64,000 nt of DNA from Welwitschia mirabilis (lineage: Eukaryota), in assembly GCA_051453625.1 (NCBI GenBank), contig JBOZIK010000001.1:9094070-9158069 (forward strand), read 5' to 3'. The notes under the pieces are model-generated. The model ran no database searches. It saw nothing but the letters and a program-made list of their open reading frames with translations, and was not told where the DNA came from. Both the position numbers and the translations under genes were made by a program. This document shows, one piece after another, positions 1-11,554 of the stretch. How positions within the stretch are numbered: position 1 is the first letter of the stretch; every line of letters starts with the position of its first letter.

Positions 1-181
1 CCAGGAGGCTGAAGGCACGTTGCTGCCCCCTGAAGAGTGGAGTAGGCAAGGACTGCCGAACCACTATAAATCTGGTGAATAGGGTAATTTCTCTTTACTT
101 TAACTGAAAACAGAAACTACAAGTATAATTGATAAATTATAAACAGAGACAATAAACCATGGTGCTTATTTGATCCTAACA
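1..181 (+). mobile_element. 3' part of an LTR (Copia/Sirevirus-like), truncated by the window edge
   Basis: Shares GTTGCTGCCCCC-GAGTGGAGTAGGCAA-CCACTATAAAT with 900-950 and ends in TGATCCTAACA like the LTR ending at 1088; no PBS follows. Confidence 0.6.
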
Positions 182-189
182 TTTGCCTC

Positions 190-1088
190 TGTTCAAAGAC
201 AAAAAGCACAAGGACGTCCATATCCTAAGGTGAGACTTCCACCCTTGTATTTGGTCCTCATTATGGGACATCCAGATTTTTTTCCGGGATGTCTGCCTCT
301 ATACTTGGTCCTTATTATGGGGACATTCGGATTTTTGATTGGGACGTCCGCAATCCTATGCAGTTTTCATAAGGGTCAAGTATTATAACAGGGACGTCCA
401 ACCCTTCAAAAGGGGACGTCCAAATAGGCGAACGTTGGAGCGGAAAAATAACCGTTGTAAACGTTAGAGTATGCGTTTCAAGATAGCAATGGTCATGGAT
501 CCTTTTTGGCATGTCATTCAACACAGAAGGCTTCTCATTTGAGGCTGTAACATTTATATTTTGCTAAACCTTATATAAAAGATGAGAATGTCATTCCGTG
601 GAATACACTTGTTCATGATATAACATTTGTCATATCTACCTCTGCAAGTATCTCACTCAGTGTACTGTTCCTAAATTTGGAAATCTTCTAGCTAAGTGAT
701 TTTATTACCTATCTGATGATCAGTGCATTCTAAGGCATATTCCTAGCATCAGGCTCTTCAACTCTCATCTTGAATTGTATGCTCAAGTCAGAGCATTTGA
801 GATAAGTCCCTTGAGAAAAGGGCATTGTATGATGCTTTAAACCCTATGCAAATGGGCTTGTAAGGTTTTCGATTGTAAAAGAACTAGGAGGCGGGAAGCT
901 GTTGCTGCCCCCTAAGAGTGGAGTAGGCAAAGGGCTAAACCACTATAAATTTTTGGTGTTATCTGGGTGCTTGTGGTTTGTCTTTTAATTTGTTATTTTT
1001 GATTAAGGGTTAAGGAACAGTTGTTTTATTAAAGAAATATTTTGAACACCCTGTTCAACTTTCTCTAGGGTGCCATATGATCCTAACA
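190..1088 (+). mobile_element. Sirevirus-like LTR (solo or 3' LTR)
   Basis: TG at 190, ends TGATCCTAACA at 1088; repeated palindrome GGACGTCC (about 212, 342, 392, 414); TATA-like TTATATAAAA at about 571; U5-like TTCAACTTTCTCTAGG. No TSD or PBS seen; 5' boundary approximate. Confidence 0.55.
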
Positions 1089-1524
1089 AGGAGGTGGTTA
1101 GAGACCCAAACTAAAAGCAAAGCTCAGACGTGAAGAATGTGAGACTATCATTGAATTATGTATCTGATCCCTAAAGTTGAGCTAGAGACCAGAGGCGAAT
1201 GGTAGAAGGACTGAGACGCTGGATTGAATTCCACACCCTTGGCATGGTATTGGATGGGATTCCATGGACTATCTGGCTGACTGAGGAAATTTTTAAAGAA
1301 AAGGAGAAGAGAGGAGAAAATGAGAGAAGAAGGAGAGAAAGAGGGTGTGGGGTCTCAGGGAGAAAGGGGGGAGATTAGGTAGAATAGGAGGGTAGGTGGA
1401 CGAGAAGGCTCAACAAGATTGAGAATGGGGTCCTCTAGCATTTGGGGTTCAGGTTGGTATCCAACACTGACCCACCACCAATCATCCGTGTAAGAGGAGA
1501 GGAGAGGAATGATAGAGTTTAAAA

Positions 1525-1992
1525 TGTTAAGGAAGTTTTAACAATGTAGTCAAGGTAGTTTTATGCTTTTGATTGGGGTGTTTCCAACCTTATCTTTTGA
1601 TGTGACTTGTATAAGGCATAAAGGTTGGAAGCCCACAACACAGGTTTTTAGGAAATATTCCTCATTTTTCATGCAAACCCTAGTCTTTCTTTATAAAAAG
1701 GGGGCTCAACACCTCCTTTTGCACCTACCACTTTCCATTTTTCTTGAGTTATATGCGAGTTTCTGTGAATTTGTGCTTTCAAGGTGGCTAGCTAATCTTT
1801 AAAGATCACCTTGAGGATTGGATCTTCTTCCAAAACTACCAAAGGAACCTAAGGCACTCCCTCTGCCTTTGTCACCTATGAGTCGTTCCTTCCATCTGCA
1901 TTTATCCTTGTATAATAACTGCTCTTAGATTATCACTTCTTTGAGCTTTCCCCTTGAAAAGGAATCTTATTGTTCTTCAAACCACACCGACA
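1525..1992 (+). mobile_element. Possible solo LTR
   Basis: TG...CA ends and a TATAAAAAGGGGGCT box followed by a pyrimidine-rich tract; no TSD found. Confidence 0.25.
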
Positions 1993-3122
1993 TGATTCCC
2001 ACTGCTACTCATTTATGTGAATGGGTAACACGATGCACAAGTGGGAAGAGGGGAGGGCAAACATATGGGATCGTCGATCACTTTTCCCTCCTTCAATTCA
2101 TTTAGGAAAATAGAATGTTGGTAGGAAACTTGAAATGGGCTAGGTTGTTTGAGTTAGTTGTCTTCACGGTCTTTAAGCATGCTCTAGCTTAAGTAGATAT
2201 TGGGATTCGGTCGAGAGGAAGAACTAGTTCCCTTGTGTATACATCCCTAAATCGCCGAATCTGACTCACATCTAGGTTCCAGTCTTTGCAGATGATATTG
2301 GCTAGATGTTTGATCTTCCTTCGAAGAACTAGTGGGATGTTCAAATGATTTGGGGCACAAATTCAAAGAATTTCCAAACTTCTTAGAAGAGTGGAGGTTA
2401 CATGCAGTGTCTGCCCAGGGACTCAAAAGCGAGAAGGGATCTTAGTTTATCTCCTTAGAGAACCACTCCAACCCATGTGTCTCTTCGCTTGTTCTAGATT
2501 AATATGCTTTGATAAGGGGACACACATCCCTCAAGTATTCTTCAAGGCTATGTGTGAGGTGGTGGCTTCTAGAACAAAATATGCCTAGACTAAGTTGGTC
2601 AAAGAGAAAGTGTCTGCCAACTTAACCCACTATCAGAAAATCAAAAAGTTAAGATGTGTGGCAACCTTCTAATGCCTAGGCCATGAGAGTTTGGTCTGGA
2701 AGTAGACTAGTGAGAGAAGATGTCTTGTCTCTTCTAATGGAGTTTTATAAAGAAAATAGGGATATGTTAAGTCGCAATTATCTCAATGTCATCAAGGAAG
2801 CCATTTACCCAAGATCACCAAGTCATCATATTAATAAAGGTATCATCTGTTTGCTACCTAAATCAAGTGATCCTCTTCTTATAAGTAATTGGCGTCCTAT
2901 CACATTATTAAATGTCACTTACAAGATTAGGGGCAAATGCTTTACTCATTAGCTTAAAAGAATTCTACCTGATATTATCATTGAGCTGTAGGCAGGCTTT
3001 GTTCCCACTAGGAATATTCTTTTAAATGTTGGCATAGTATGGGAAGGTCATTAAGGGGTCATTGCTTCAAACAAGTATATTGTCTTTATCAAGCTTGGTT
3101 ATGATAAAGCATATGATAAAGT

Positions 3123-3556
3123 TGTTGAGTATGCCTTGTATTTACTAACCTGTGACAACATTTAGGACAGTTGTTCTTTTTTTAGCTATCTTTTCTTTCT
3201 TTGAAAGAGTGGTTTGGAGGTAGAGTTAATTGTAAAAGTTGCTAGTTTTAAATGAAAACAATAGGCCATGAGTTGTAACATACCCAATAGTTCAGCCACA
3301 ACAGTCTGTAAAAGGACTACAACAGTTGTTAAATATGTAGATTGGTTTTAGGGATCTTGATTTTTAAGTGATTATACTCCATTATTGTACTCCTCAAGTT
3401 TTTCAATAGTAGAATTTTTGCTCCTTTTCCTTGTGGATGTAGGCCACAGAACCACATATTTTTTGGTGTTTGTTGGTGATCTTTTTCTTTGTTGTTCTCA
3501 TTATATTTACTTTTACTTCATTTCTACTACTTGTTGATATGTTTCTCTGGGCAATT
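3123..3556 (+). repeat. 5' LTR of the Copia element (3' end deleted)
   Basis: Aligns by eye to 5343-5786 and stops at GGGCAATT, lacking the terminal TCCTAACA. Confidence 0.9.
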
Positions 3557-5342
3557 GATATGGCTATGATGAGTTGGTAGCTTATGCATTTATGGTTAAA
3601 GAGACAATTGAAGTTGTTGTGCCTACCACTTACTGTGAGGCAGTCTCATCCACTAATTTAGCTACATGGTTGGTTGCCATGCATGAGGACATGGAATCTC
3701 TTTATAAGAATCAAACTTGCGAACTTGTTAAACCACAAAAGGAGAGAAGATTGTCGGCTACAAATGGGTCTTCAAGCAAAGCGAAGGAATCTTAGCTTTT
3801 TGATCAAGCACTCTTGCACCAAAGATGAATGGGACTAAGCGATCTGCCGAAGATGTGGGATATCTTAAAAACATCGGTAGGGGTATGAATGATAGTAAGT
3901 ATAAAGCACGCTTAGTTGCTAAAGGATTCTCTCAGGTCGAGGGAGTTGATTTAATGATGTTTTCTCACCTATTATTAAACACACTACCNNNNNNNNNNNN
4001 NNNNNNNNNNNNNNNNNNNNNNNNNNNNNNNNNNNNNNNNNNNNNNNNNNNNNNNNNNNNNNNNNNNNNNNNNNNNNNNNNNNNNNNNNNNNNNNNNNNN
4101 NNNNNNNNNNNNNNNNNNNNNNNNNNNNNNNNNNNNNNNNNNNNNNNNNNNNNNNNNNNNNNNNNNNNNNNNNNNNNNNNNNNNNNNNNNNNNNNNNNNN
4201 NNNNNNNNNNNNNNNNNNNNNNNNNNNNNNNNNNNNNNNNNNNNNNNNNNNNNNNNNNNNNNNNNNNNNNNNNNNNNNNNNNNNNNNNNNNNNNNNNNNN
4301 NNNNNNNNNNNNNNNNNNNNNNNNNNNNNNNNNNNNNNNNNNNNNNNNNNNNNNNNNNNNNNNNNNNNNNNNNNNNNNNNNNNNNNNNNNNNNNNNNNNN
4401 NNNNNNNNNNNNNNNNNNNNNNNNNNNNNNNNNNNNNNNNNNNNNNNNNNNNNNNNNNNNNNNNNNNNNNNNNNNNNNNNNNNNNNNNNNNNNNNNNNNN
4501 NNNNNNNNNNNNNNNNNNNNNNNNNNNNNNNNNNNNNNNNNNNNNNNNNNNNNNNNNNNNNNNNNNNNNNNNNNNNNNNNNNNNNNNNNNNNNNNNNNNN
4601 NNNNNNNNNNNNNNNNNNNNNNNNNNNNNNNNNNNNNNNNNNNNNNNNNNNNNNNNNNNNNNNNNNNNNNNNNNNNNNNNNNNNNNNNNNNNNNNNNNNN
4701 NNNNNNNNNNNNNNNNNNNNNNNNNNNNNNNNNNNNNNNNNNNNNNNNNNNNNNNNNNNNNNNNNNNNNNNNNAATTTGGGAGGAGTAGTGACAGTTTGG
4801 CTGGATATGTTGATTTAGATTATGCTAGTGATCTTGATAGGAGGACGTCACTCACTGGTTATGTGTTTTTCCTAGGGAGCTGTGCAGTTAGTTGGAGAGC
4901 CACTTTACACCGTATAGTTGCTTTATCTACCACAGAGGTGGGGTATATGGCAACGAGTGAGGTAGTCAAAGAAGCTATTTGGTTGAGAGGTCTGATTTGT
5001 AAGCTCAGCTTTTTGGTTCAAGAGATGACTATCATCCATTGTGACAACCAGAGTGTTATTCACTTGACTAAAGACCAAATGTATGATGAAAGGACAAAGC
5101 ACATTGATGTAAGGCACCATTATGTTCGTGATTTTGTTGCACAAGGTGGCATTCTTGTAAAGAAGATTGGTACTACATATAATCTAGCTGATATGTTGAC
5201 TAAGCCCCTTCTAGTTGCCATTGCTTGAACTTGAATGGTATGAGTTGTTTCTAAGTAATGCCCTTTGGGGCTTATATGGAGAAGGTGGAAGAATCTACTA
5301 TTTCTGTGAGGATTTGGAAGAATTCAAGCTAAGGTGGAGATT

Positions 5343-5794
5343 TGTTGAGTATGCCTTGAATTTAGGGACCTATGACAACAACATTTAGGACAACTGTTCT
5401 TTTCTTAGCTGTCTTTTCTTTCTTGGAAAGAGTGGTTGTCAAGTAGAGTTAATTGTAAAAGTTATTGTTCTTAAATGAAAACAAGAAGCCATGAGTTGTA
5501 ACCCACCCAATAGTTTAGCCACAACAGTCTGTAAAAGGACTATAGTAGTTGTTAAATATGTAGACCAGTTTTAGGGAGCTTGATTTCTAAGTGATTATAC
5601 TGCATTCTTGTATTTCTCAAGTTTTTCAATAGGAGAATTTCTGCTCCTTTTCTTGTGGACATAGGCCACTGGCTGAACCACATAAATTCTGGTGTTTGTT
5701 GGTGATCTTTTTCTTTGTTGTTATCTCATTATATTTACTTTTACTTCAGCTTTTTTTGCTTGTTGCATTTGTTTTTCGGGGCAATTTCCTAACA
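5343..5794 (+). repeat. 3' LTR of the Copia element
   Basis: TG...CA, preceded by the PPT and followed by the TSD. Confidence 0.95.
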
Positions 5795-8742
5795 AAAGTT
5801 AAGTGGTATTTTAATCTTTTGCGTATGGAGAAATTAAGTTTTAAAGCACAAGTTCTTCATATGGTGAGATGTTTATTTGTAAATGCAAAGGCTTATATTG
5901 CTACTTCCAAAAGATAAGTCCTACATTTTATATTCACCATTCATTTAGGCAAAGTTGCCCCTTAGCTTCACACATTTTCATAATTGTAGTGATTTCCTTT
6001 GTTGTGCTATTCAACATGATATACATGAAGGTTTACTTAGGAGAATCTCTTTAGGTGATGCTTCTTACTAGTTATTAAATTTGCATTTTGTTGATGATTC
6101 TTTCTTTATGGCAGCAAATGATGAACAATTGATCAATCAGCTTTTTACTCATGTTCAAGAATATTGTCAATTGTCAGAAGTTGATATAACTTGGCAAAAA
6201 GTCTTCAATTTATGTGGCAAGTTGAGACTATTAGCATCTCTCGCATTATGCATGCCACATTTTACAAGGAAATTATCAATTTTTAGGCATTCTGTTTTCC
6301 TTTAAAAGTCATCCTCAAAACTTATGGGATTGGACATTATAGAAAATTCAAAAAAGAGTGGTTAAATGGAGGACAAAATGTCTTTCTTTGATGGGCCGAT
6401 ATTTGGTTTGTAAATCTATCAGTGCCTCTACATATGTTTATTATTCCTCCTATTAGGCTCTTTCAAAATTTGCTTACTTAAAGCTAGAGGAACTCCTTAG
6501 AAGTTTCATGTGGTCATACGCAGAAGGGNNNNNNNNNNNNNNNNNNNNNNNNNNNNNNNNNNNNNNNNNNNNNNNNNNNNNNNNNNNNNNNNNNNNNNNN
6601 NNNNNNNNNNNNNNNNNNNNNNNNNNNNNNNNNNNNNNNNNNNNNNNNNNNNNNNNNNNNNNNNNNNNNNNNNNNNNNNNNNNNNNNNNNNNNNNNNNNN
6701 NNNNNNNNNNNNNNNNNNNNNNNNNNNNNNNNNNNNNNNNNNNNNNNNNNNNNNNNNNNNNNNNNNNNNNNNNNNNNNNNNNNNNNNNNNNNNNNNNNNN
6801 NNNNNNNNNNNNNNNNNNNNNNNNNNNNNNNNNNNNNNNNNNNNNNNNNNNNNNNNNNNNNNNNNNNNNNNNNNNNNNNNNNNNNNNNNNNNNNNNNNNN
6901 NNNNNNNNNNNNNNNNNNNNNNNNNNNNNNNNNNNNNNNNNNNNNNNNNNNNNNNNNNNNNNNNNNNNNNNNNNNNNNNNNNNNNNNNNNNNNNNNNNNN
7001 NNNNNNNNNNNNNNNNNNNNNNNNNNNNNNNNNNNNNNNNNNNNNNNNNNNNNNNNNNNNNNNNNNNNNNNNNNNNNNNNNNNNNNNNNNNNNNNNNNNN
7101 NNNNNNNNNNNNNNNNNNNNNNNNNNNNNNNNNNNNNNNNNNNNNNNNNNNNNNNGCAGAAGGGAAAAAGGGTTTCATAGAGTTGCCTAGAATATTATGG
7201 CTTTGCTCAAGTGAAAAGGAGTCTAGGCTATATTAATCTGTATTATCAAGGTATTAGCTTGGCTGCAACATGGGTGACATAGTGTTTCACTACTACTTCT
7301 ATTATTTCAAATATATTTTTTTCATAGGTCAAGAATTCATTTCTAAGGATTCAAAGGATATGGCAAAACATCCATCCTATAACTTGGCTTTTTACTCCCT
7401 CAGAGATAAAAATTGAGGGCATTCATCTTTTATTTGAAAGTCTTGGTTGATGCTTCATTCGTTTATTTTTTGGGATCATCTAAAGATTCCATGTGCGTTG
7501 CTTTAGCATATTGTCCCATGGTGGTTGCCCCTTTCTCCTACGCCTTTTGAAATTACAAATTCAACATTGGCTACTCAATAGTTTAATTGCGAAATAACAT
7601 CCTTACAAAGCTTGTGTTCAAGAAATAATTGGACAACCATATTTGATTTTCAGCAACTTTGTGAGGCACTTGTTGGCCTACAACAAGCTTTCCTTAAGCT
7701 TCATCAGTTTCTGCTTCATGCATGTCAAATCTCCTATGATCATTCTTCGTCTATAGAAGAATTATGCTACAAAGATGGCGTGCCTATGGTTTCGTTCTCT
7801 TGAGCCAAAGCTTATCATTTTCTGGTAAGTGATTGATGTTAGCTCTATTTGCAACTAGAAATGACATGTTTAGAAACCACTTCACTAGTGGATCTATTCC
7901 TTGAATCAGATTTGGAAGCTTCCAACCCTTCCAAAGATGAGGCACTTTCTTTGGTATCTAATGTTTCAAGAGCTTCCTATTGGGAATTATTTGCATCATT
8001 TGGGGGTGTCAGACCCAGTTTATTTAGTGTGTGGCTAGGCAGATGATTTCTTGCACGTTTTTATCCATTGTGACTAACCAAGAATGCATCAAGTTGGCTT
8101 TTTTGCGTCCTCCCACATATTCTTGTTAATCTGGAGACAAATTTTCCCAGGATTAGCCCTAATTTGAATCTTGTCTATGCTTTTCTTTGGAAGATCATTA
8201 AACCATACATTCTTTACCTCATTTGAAAACACAGATGTGACTTGCACTTCAGGAAACAAAATGTTTCTGAACTTTCTTTTTTGATATGTATGAGAAAACT
8301 AAGTTTTTCTATCTTGTTTTGTTTCACATTCGTACTCATGAAAAAAAGGTGCCACTGGAGGTTTACGACCTCTTCGAACTTCTTTGGCCATGGTCTTGTA
8401 ATCTTCAAATAAGGAATGCAACACTTAAAGTTCATCCTCTTTTGAGCCATAGTAGTGGGAAGTCCCATGATGACTCTCTATACCTTTAGAGACAGAAGAT
8501 TAAAATCATCCCTTCATAACAAATTAATGCTTTAAATTTTTCTTGAATAGTTCTTGTAATCTTTCTTTCCTTTTGGTAATTGTATTGTCTCCTAATGTGT
8601 TTCGTCTGTGATTCTTTTGCATGGCTTATGCCTTACACTTTTTTATGTATTTTCATTTTTTGCTATCTATTATAACCAAGTTTTAGGGTCTGACATCACT
8701 CCTCTGCTTCAAGAATCCCATTGAAAATTAATATTAAAAAAT

Positions 8743-8830
8743 GGTAGCTGAAATGGTTAAATTAGAATGGTAAAAGAGGAGAGGTCATGGGTTCAGATCT
8801 TGACAATCAAATAAAAACTTCTAAAAAAAG
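8743..8830 (+). mobile_element. tRNA-derived SINE-like head
   Basis: A-box-like TAGCTGAAATGG (8745-8756) and B-box-like GTTCAGATC (8791-8799) about 35 bp apart, followed by an A-rich tract. Confidence 0.4.
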
Positions 8831-9559
8831 GTAAGCGAATATTTTTCAACTTCAGAAAAAAATCAAAATTGAAGAGAGATGACATTTCATAAAGACGCTA
8901 TCCTTGGGAAGAGACATGAAGCCCATGAAATTGGAAGTATGCATGGAATCTAATGGAGAGCAAAGAAAAAGGAATTCAGAGAAGAGCATTTAAAAGAAGA
9001 AGAAGTCAAAAGGAGATCTATTCCAAGCAAAAAGCATTGAAGATCTTGAGAGATACATCTGATCTATGACATTGGAGAGATTTGAAGGCTATGGCTCTCC
9101 CAATTCTGTTCATTTCCTATTGCCTTAGTGGCTGATTTTGATTAGAAAATAAAGAAATTTGATTATTGTTTATTGTGCTTAGGGTTGTGCCCATTATTCT
9201 AGTTGTAAATTAGATCTATTACATTAATAAAATTATTTTTTTGATCAAATCTAATTTTTTATTAAAGTTTTTTATTGCTTTAAATTAATTTTCTATGTGA
9301 AAAATTAATTTATTTTTCCCTTCTTTATTTATTAAATTAGTATTTGGACTTGCTACATTCCTCACCATTGTTGATAAATTTTCCAAAGATTTGTTTCATG
9401 CTACTCAAATAAAAGGTTAGTTTTATTATTGCAAGATATGTCTTCAAAAATAGAACTTTCAAGAATATATTTTTCATAGTGGTCCTAGACAATTTCTAAC
9501 TATAAAACAAAGAGCACTATGGAGGATTTGGGAACACACAAAATGAAAGGTGTAATTTT

Positions 9560-9930
9560 ATTTAAACGATATTAAAGGAGGCATTTCTACAAAGGCAACT
9601 TATTTAAATACTACTATTCCCTTTGTCTATGGACTCAGATTTGTAGGGGGAAAATGGGATCTAATCATTTCAAGATTAAAATAAGTGGATCGTTCAATGG
9701 CCCTTGAGAAGAATAGAGGTGTTACATTGTAACTAGAATGTTGTTGAAGATGAATATCATGTCTTTCTTAAATGCCCTTGAATTGATAGCATGTGAAAGA
9801 AATGGAATATCTCAAAGCACATAATTTGGTTGATTTGTTCCAAATTTTACCAAAAAGTCTTTGAGGCTCATGCCATATACATTTCTTATGTCCAATAGAT
9901 CTTTATGGTTTTTATGGACGTAATAGAAAA
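9560..9930 (+). mobile_element. 3' fragment of a non-L1 LINE (RTE-X/L2-like C-terminal zinc finger)
   Basis: Translates with one frameshift as QICRGKMGSNHFKIKISGSFNGP*EE*RC-HCN*NVVEDEYHVFLKCP, fitting the pattern R..SH.L.IE.G...PREER.C..C....VEDE.H....CP. Confidence 0.6.
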
Positions 9931-10061
9931 AATTTCAGCTTCATAATTGGTGATTTTGATATCTAGTATTTCCCTTTTTTCCCCAAATTTTTTCTTTTTT
10001 GTTCTTATTGGAGGAAGTTAATTTGTGAGAACCTATATCACACTTCACCATGGTTACTTTT

Positions 10062-10540
10062 TGTTAGAAAAATGCAGCAGAGTAGAAACAAAATGCAAAT
10101 ATTAAGACACCAGATTTACGTGGAAAACCCCAATGTGGGGAAAAGCCATGGAAACAATGTAGAGCTTTGTTATTAGAATGAAAAGGGAAAGGACACAAGC
10201 CTTCCTCAATAGCCAATATTGCAACTCTTGATTCCCACACACTATGTAACATTCCATACCTCTATTTCCTTTATATAGATTTTCTTTTAGGTAGAAACCC
10301 TAACCCTAACTTCTAGAACTTTCTAGATGACCCTATTAGACTTCCTTCTCCCTTTAATATTAAATTACAACGAAAAGGGGACTATATAAAAATNNNNNNN
10401 NNNNNNNNNNNNNNNNNNNNNNNNNNNNNNNNNNNNNNNNNNNNNNNNNNNNNNNNNNNNNNNNNNNNNNNNNNNNNNNNNNNNNNNNNNNNNTACCTAA
10501 CCTTTTAAGATAACCTAATTTGGATACTATCTCTAATGAG
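10062..10540 (-). mobile_element. Copia-type solo LTR (spans a 100-N gap)
   Basis: Begins TGTTAG on the + strand; the minus strand reads GGGTTTTCCACGTAAATCTGGTGTC (typical Copia U5) and has a TATA-like CTATATAAAG; right boundary approximate. Confidence 0.55.
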
Positions 10541-10851
10541 AATGCGTGGCCTATGTGGTTCTGGCCTTTCCTCTTCAAAATCATTAAAAAGAAAGGAGCC
10601 TTAAGGTCAAATCTTGGCTCTAAGGGCTTTTAATTTTTAACATATTTTTATACTAAAAAATGTATAGAAATAGAAACAAAAAGAATTGAGACTCAAAAAA
10701 TTGTAATGAAGATTGTCTCTAAAGATAGAATGTTTACTAAAAGATAATGCGCCGTCTCTCTTGTGGNNNNNNNNNNNNNNNNNNNNNNNNNNNNNNNNNN
10801 NNNNNNNNNNNNNNNNNNNNNNNNNNNNNNNNNNNNNNNNNNNNNNNNNNN

Positions 10852-10919
<68 letters not shown>
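10852..10919. repeat. (CA)n microsatellite
   Basis: Pure CA repeat abutting an N gap. Confidence 0.99.
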
Positions 10920-10923
<4 letters not shown>

Positions 10924-11554
10924 ATTTTATTTAAAAATCACAACGATTTCTTTTAATAAATGCTAATCTTTCTCTCCAAGGTATACAAACCAAGAAGGAA
11001 AGAAAGTGACATTTGATAATTTGGTAAAATTTTAAAGGAATTAGACAACGTTATTTAAAAGAAAATAAAAAACAGCAAGCTTATGCTTTGACTATTGATG
11101 GAAGCTTCTAAATTTAGACTTAACAAGGAAAAGCTTATCCTCCTCAAGATTTAGGGTTGTCTTGGTCTAAAAAGGATCAACTTTGTTATTTTGATTTATT
11201 AATAGTTCATTACTTGAATTTATAGAAATTCTTTCCTTCGTTAAGCCATGTGAAATTTGTATACTAGTGGATGCTCTTTAGTAATTTCAAATTTTCCAGA
11301 TCTTCCTATTGTTTATAAATGCCTTTGAGTGGTCAAGTTACTTAGGCATTTCACTTGATGATTAATGTAAATGTGAATGTTTTGACATTCATTAATGCTA
11401 AGAGCAAATGTGTAAAATATATTTTATGTCTCTTGTGAAAGGTTGATATTCATGTCTAAATATCATAAAATTCTTATGAATGATTATTTACTTAATACGT
11501 TTTAATATCTTACTAATTTAGAATATTACATTTTATCTCCTTAAGGGTTAACAA

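Larger units (their letters stand above)
3123..5794 (+). mobile_element. Ty1/Copia LTR retrotransposon, internally deleted (RT-RNase H only)
   Basis: LTRs 3123-3556 and 5343-5794; perfect 5-bp TSD AAAGT (3118-3122, 5795-5799); PPT AAGGTGGAGATT (5331-5342); KYKARLVAKGFSQ, ALSTTEVGY, CDNQS, TKHIDVRHH, ADMLTK motifs. Confidence 0.95.
2050..8680 (+). mobile_element. Degenerate L1-clade LINE ORF2, interrupted by a Copia element and a gap
   Basis: RT motifs GIICLLPK..NWRPITLLNVTYKI (2840-2930), YDKAYDKV|KWYF across the Copia insertion, FRQSCPLASHIF (GxRQGCPLSPYLF), HFVDD (FADD), WRTKCLSLMGR, KKGFHRVA*; T-rich 3' tract at 8530-8680. 5' limit uncertain. Confidence 0.85.

Noticed and set aside
8870-9357. 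LTR-like purine-rich then T-rich block
   Set aside because: No definable termini or TSD.
10637-10956. CVCVCV / HTHTHT ORFs
   Set aside because: Translations of the (CA)n microsatellite.
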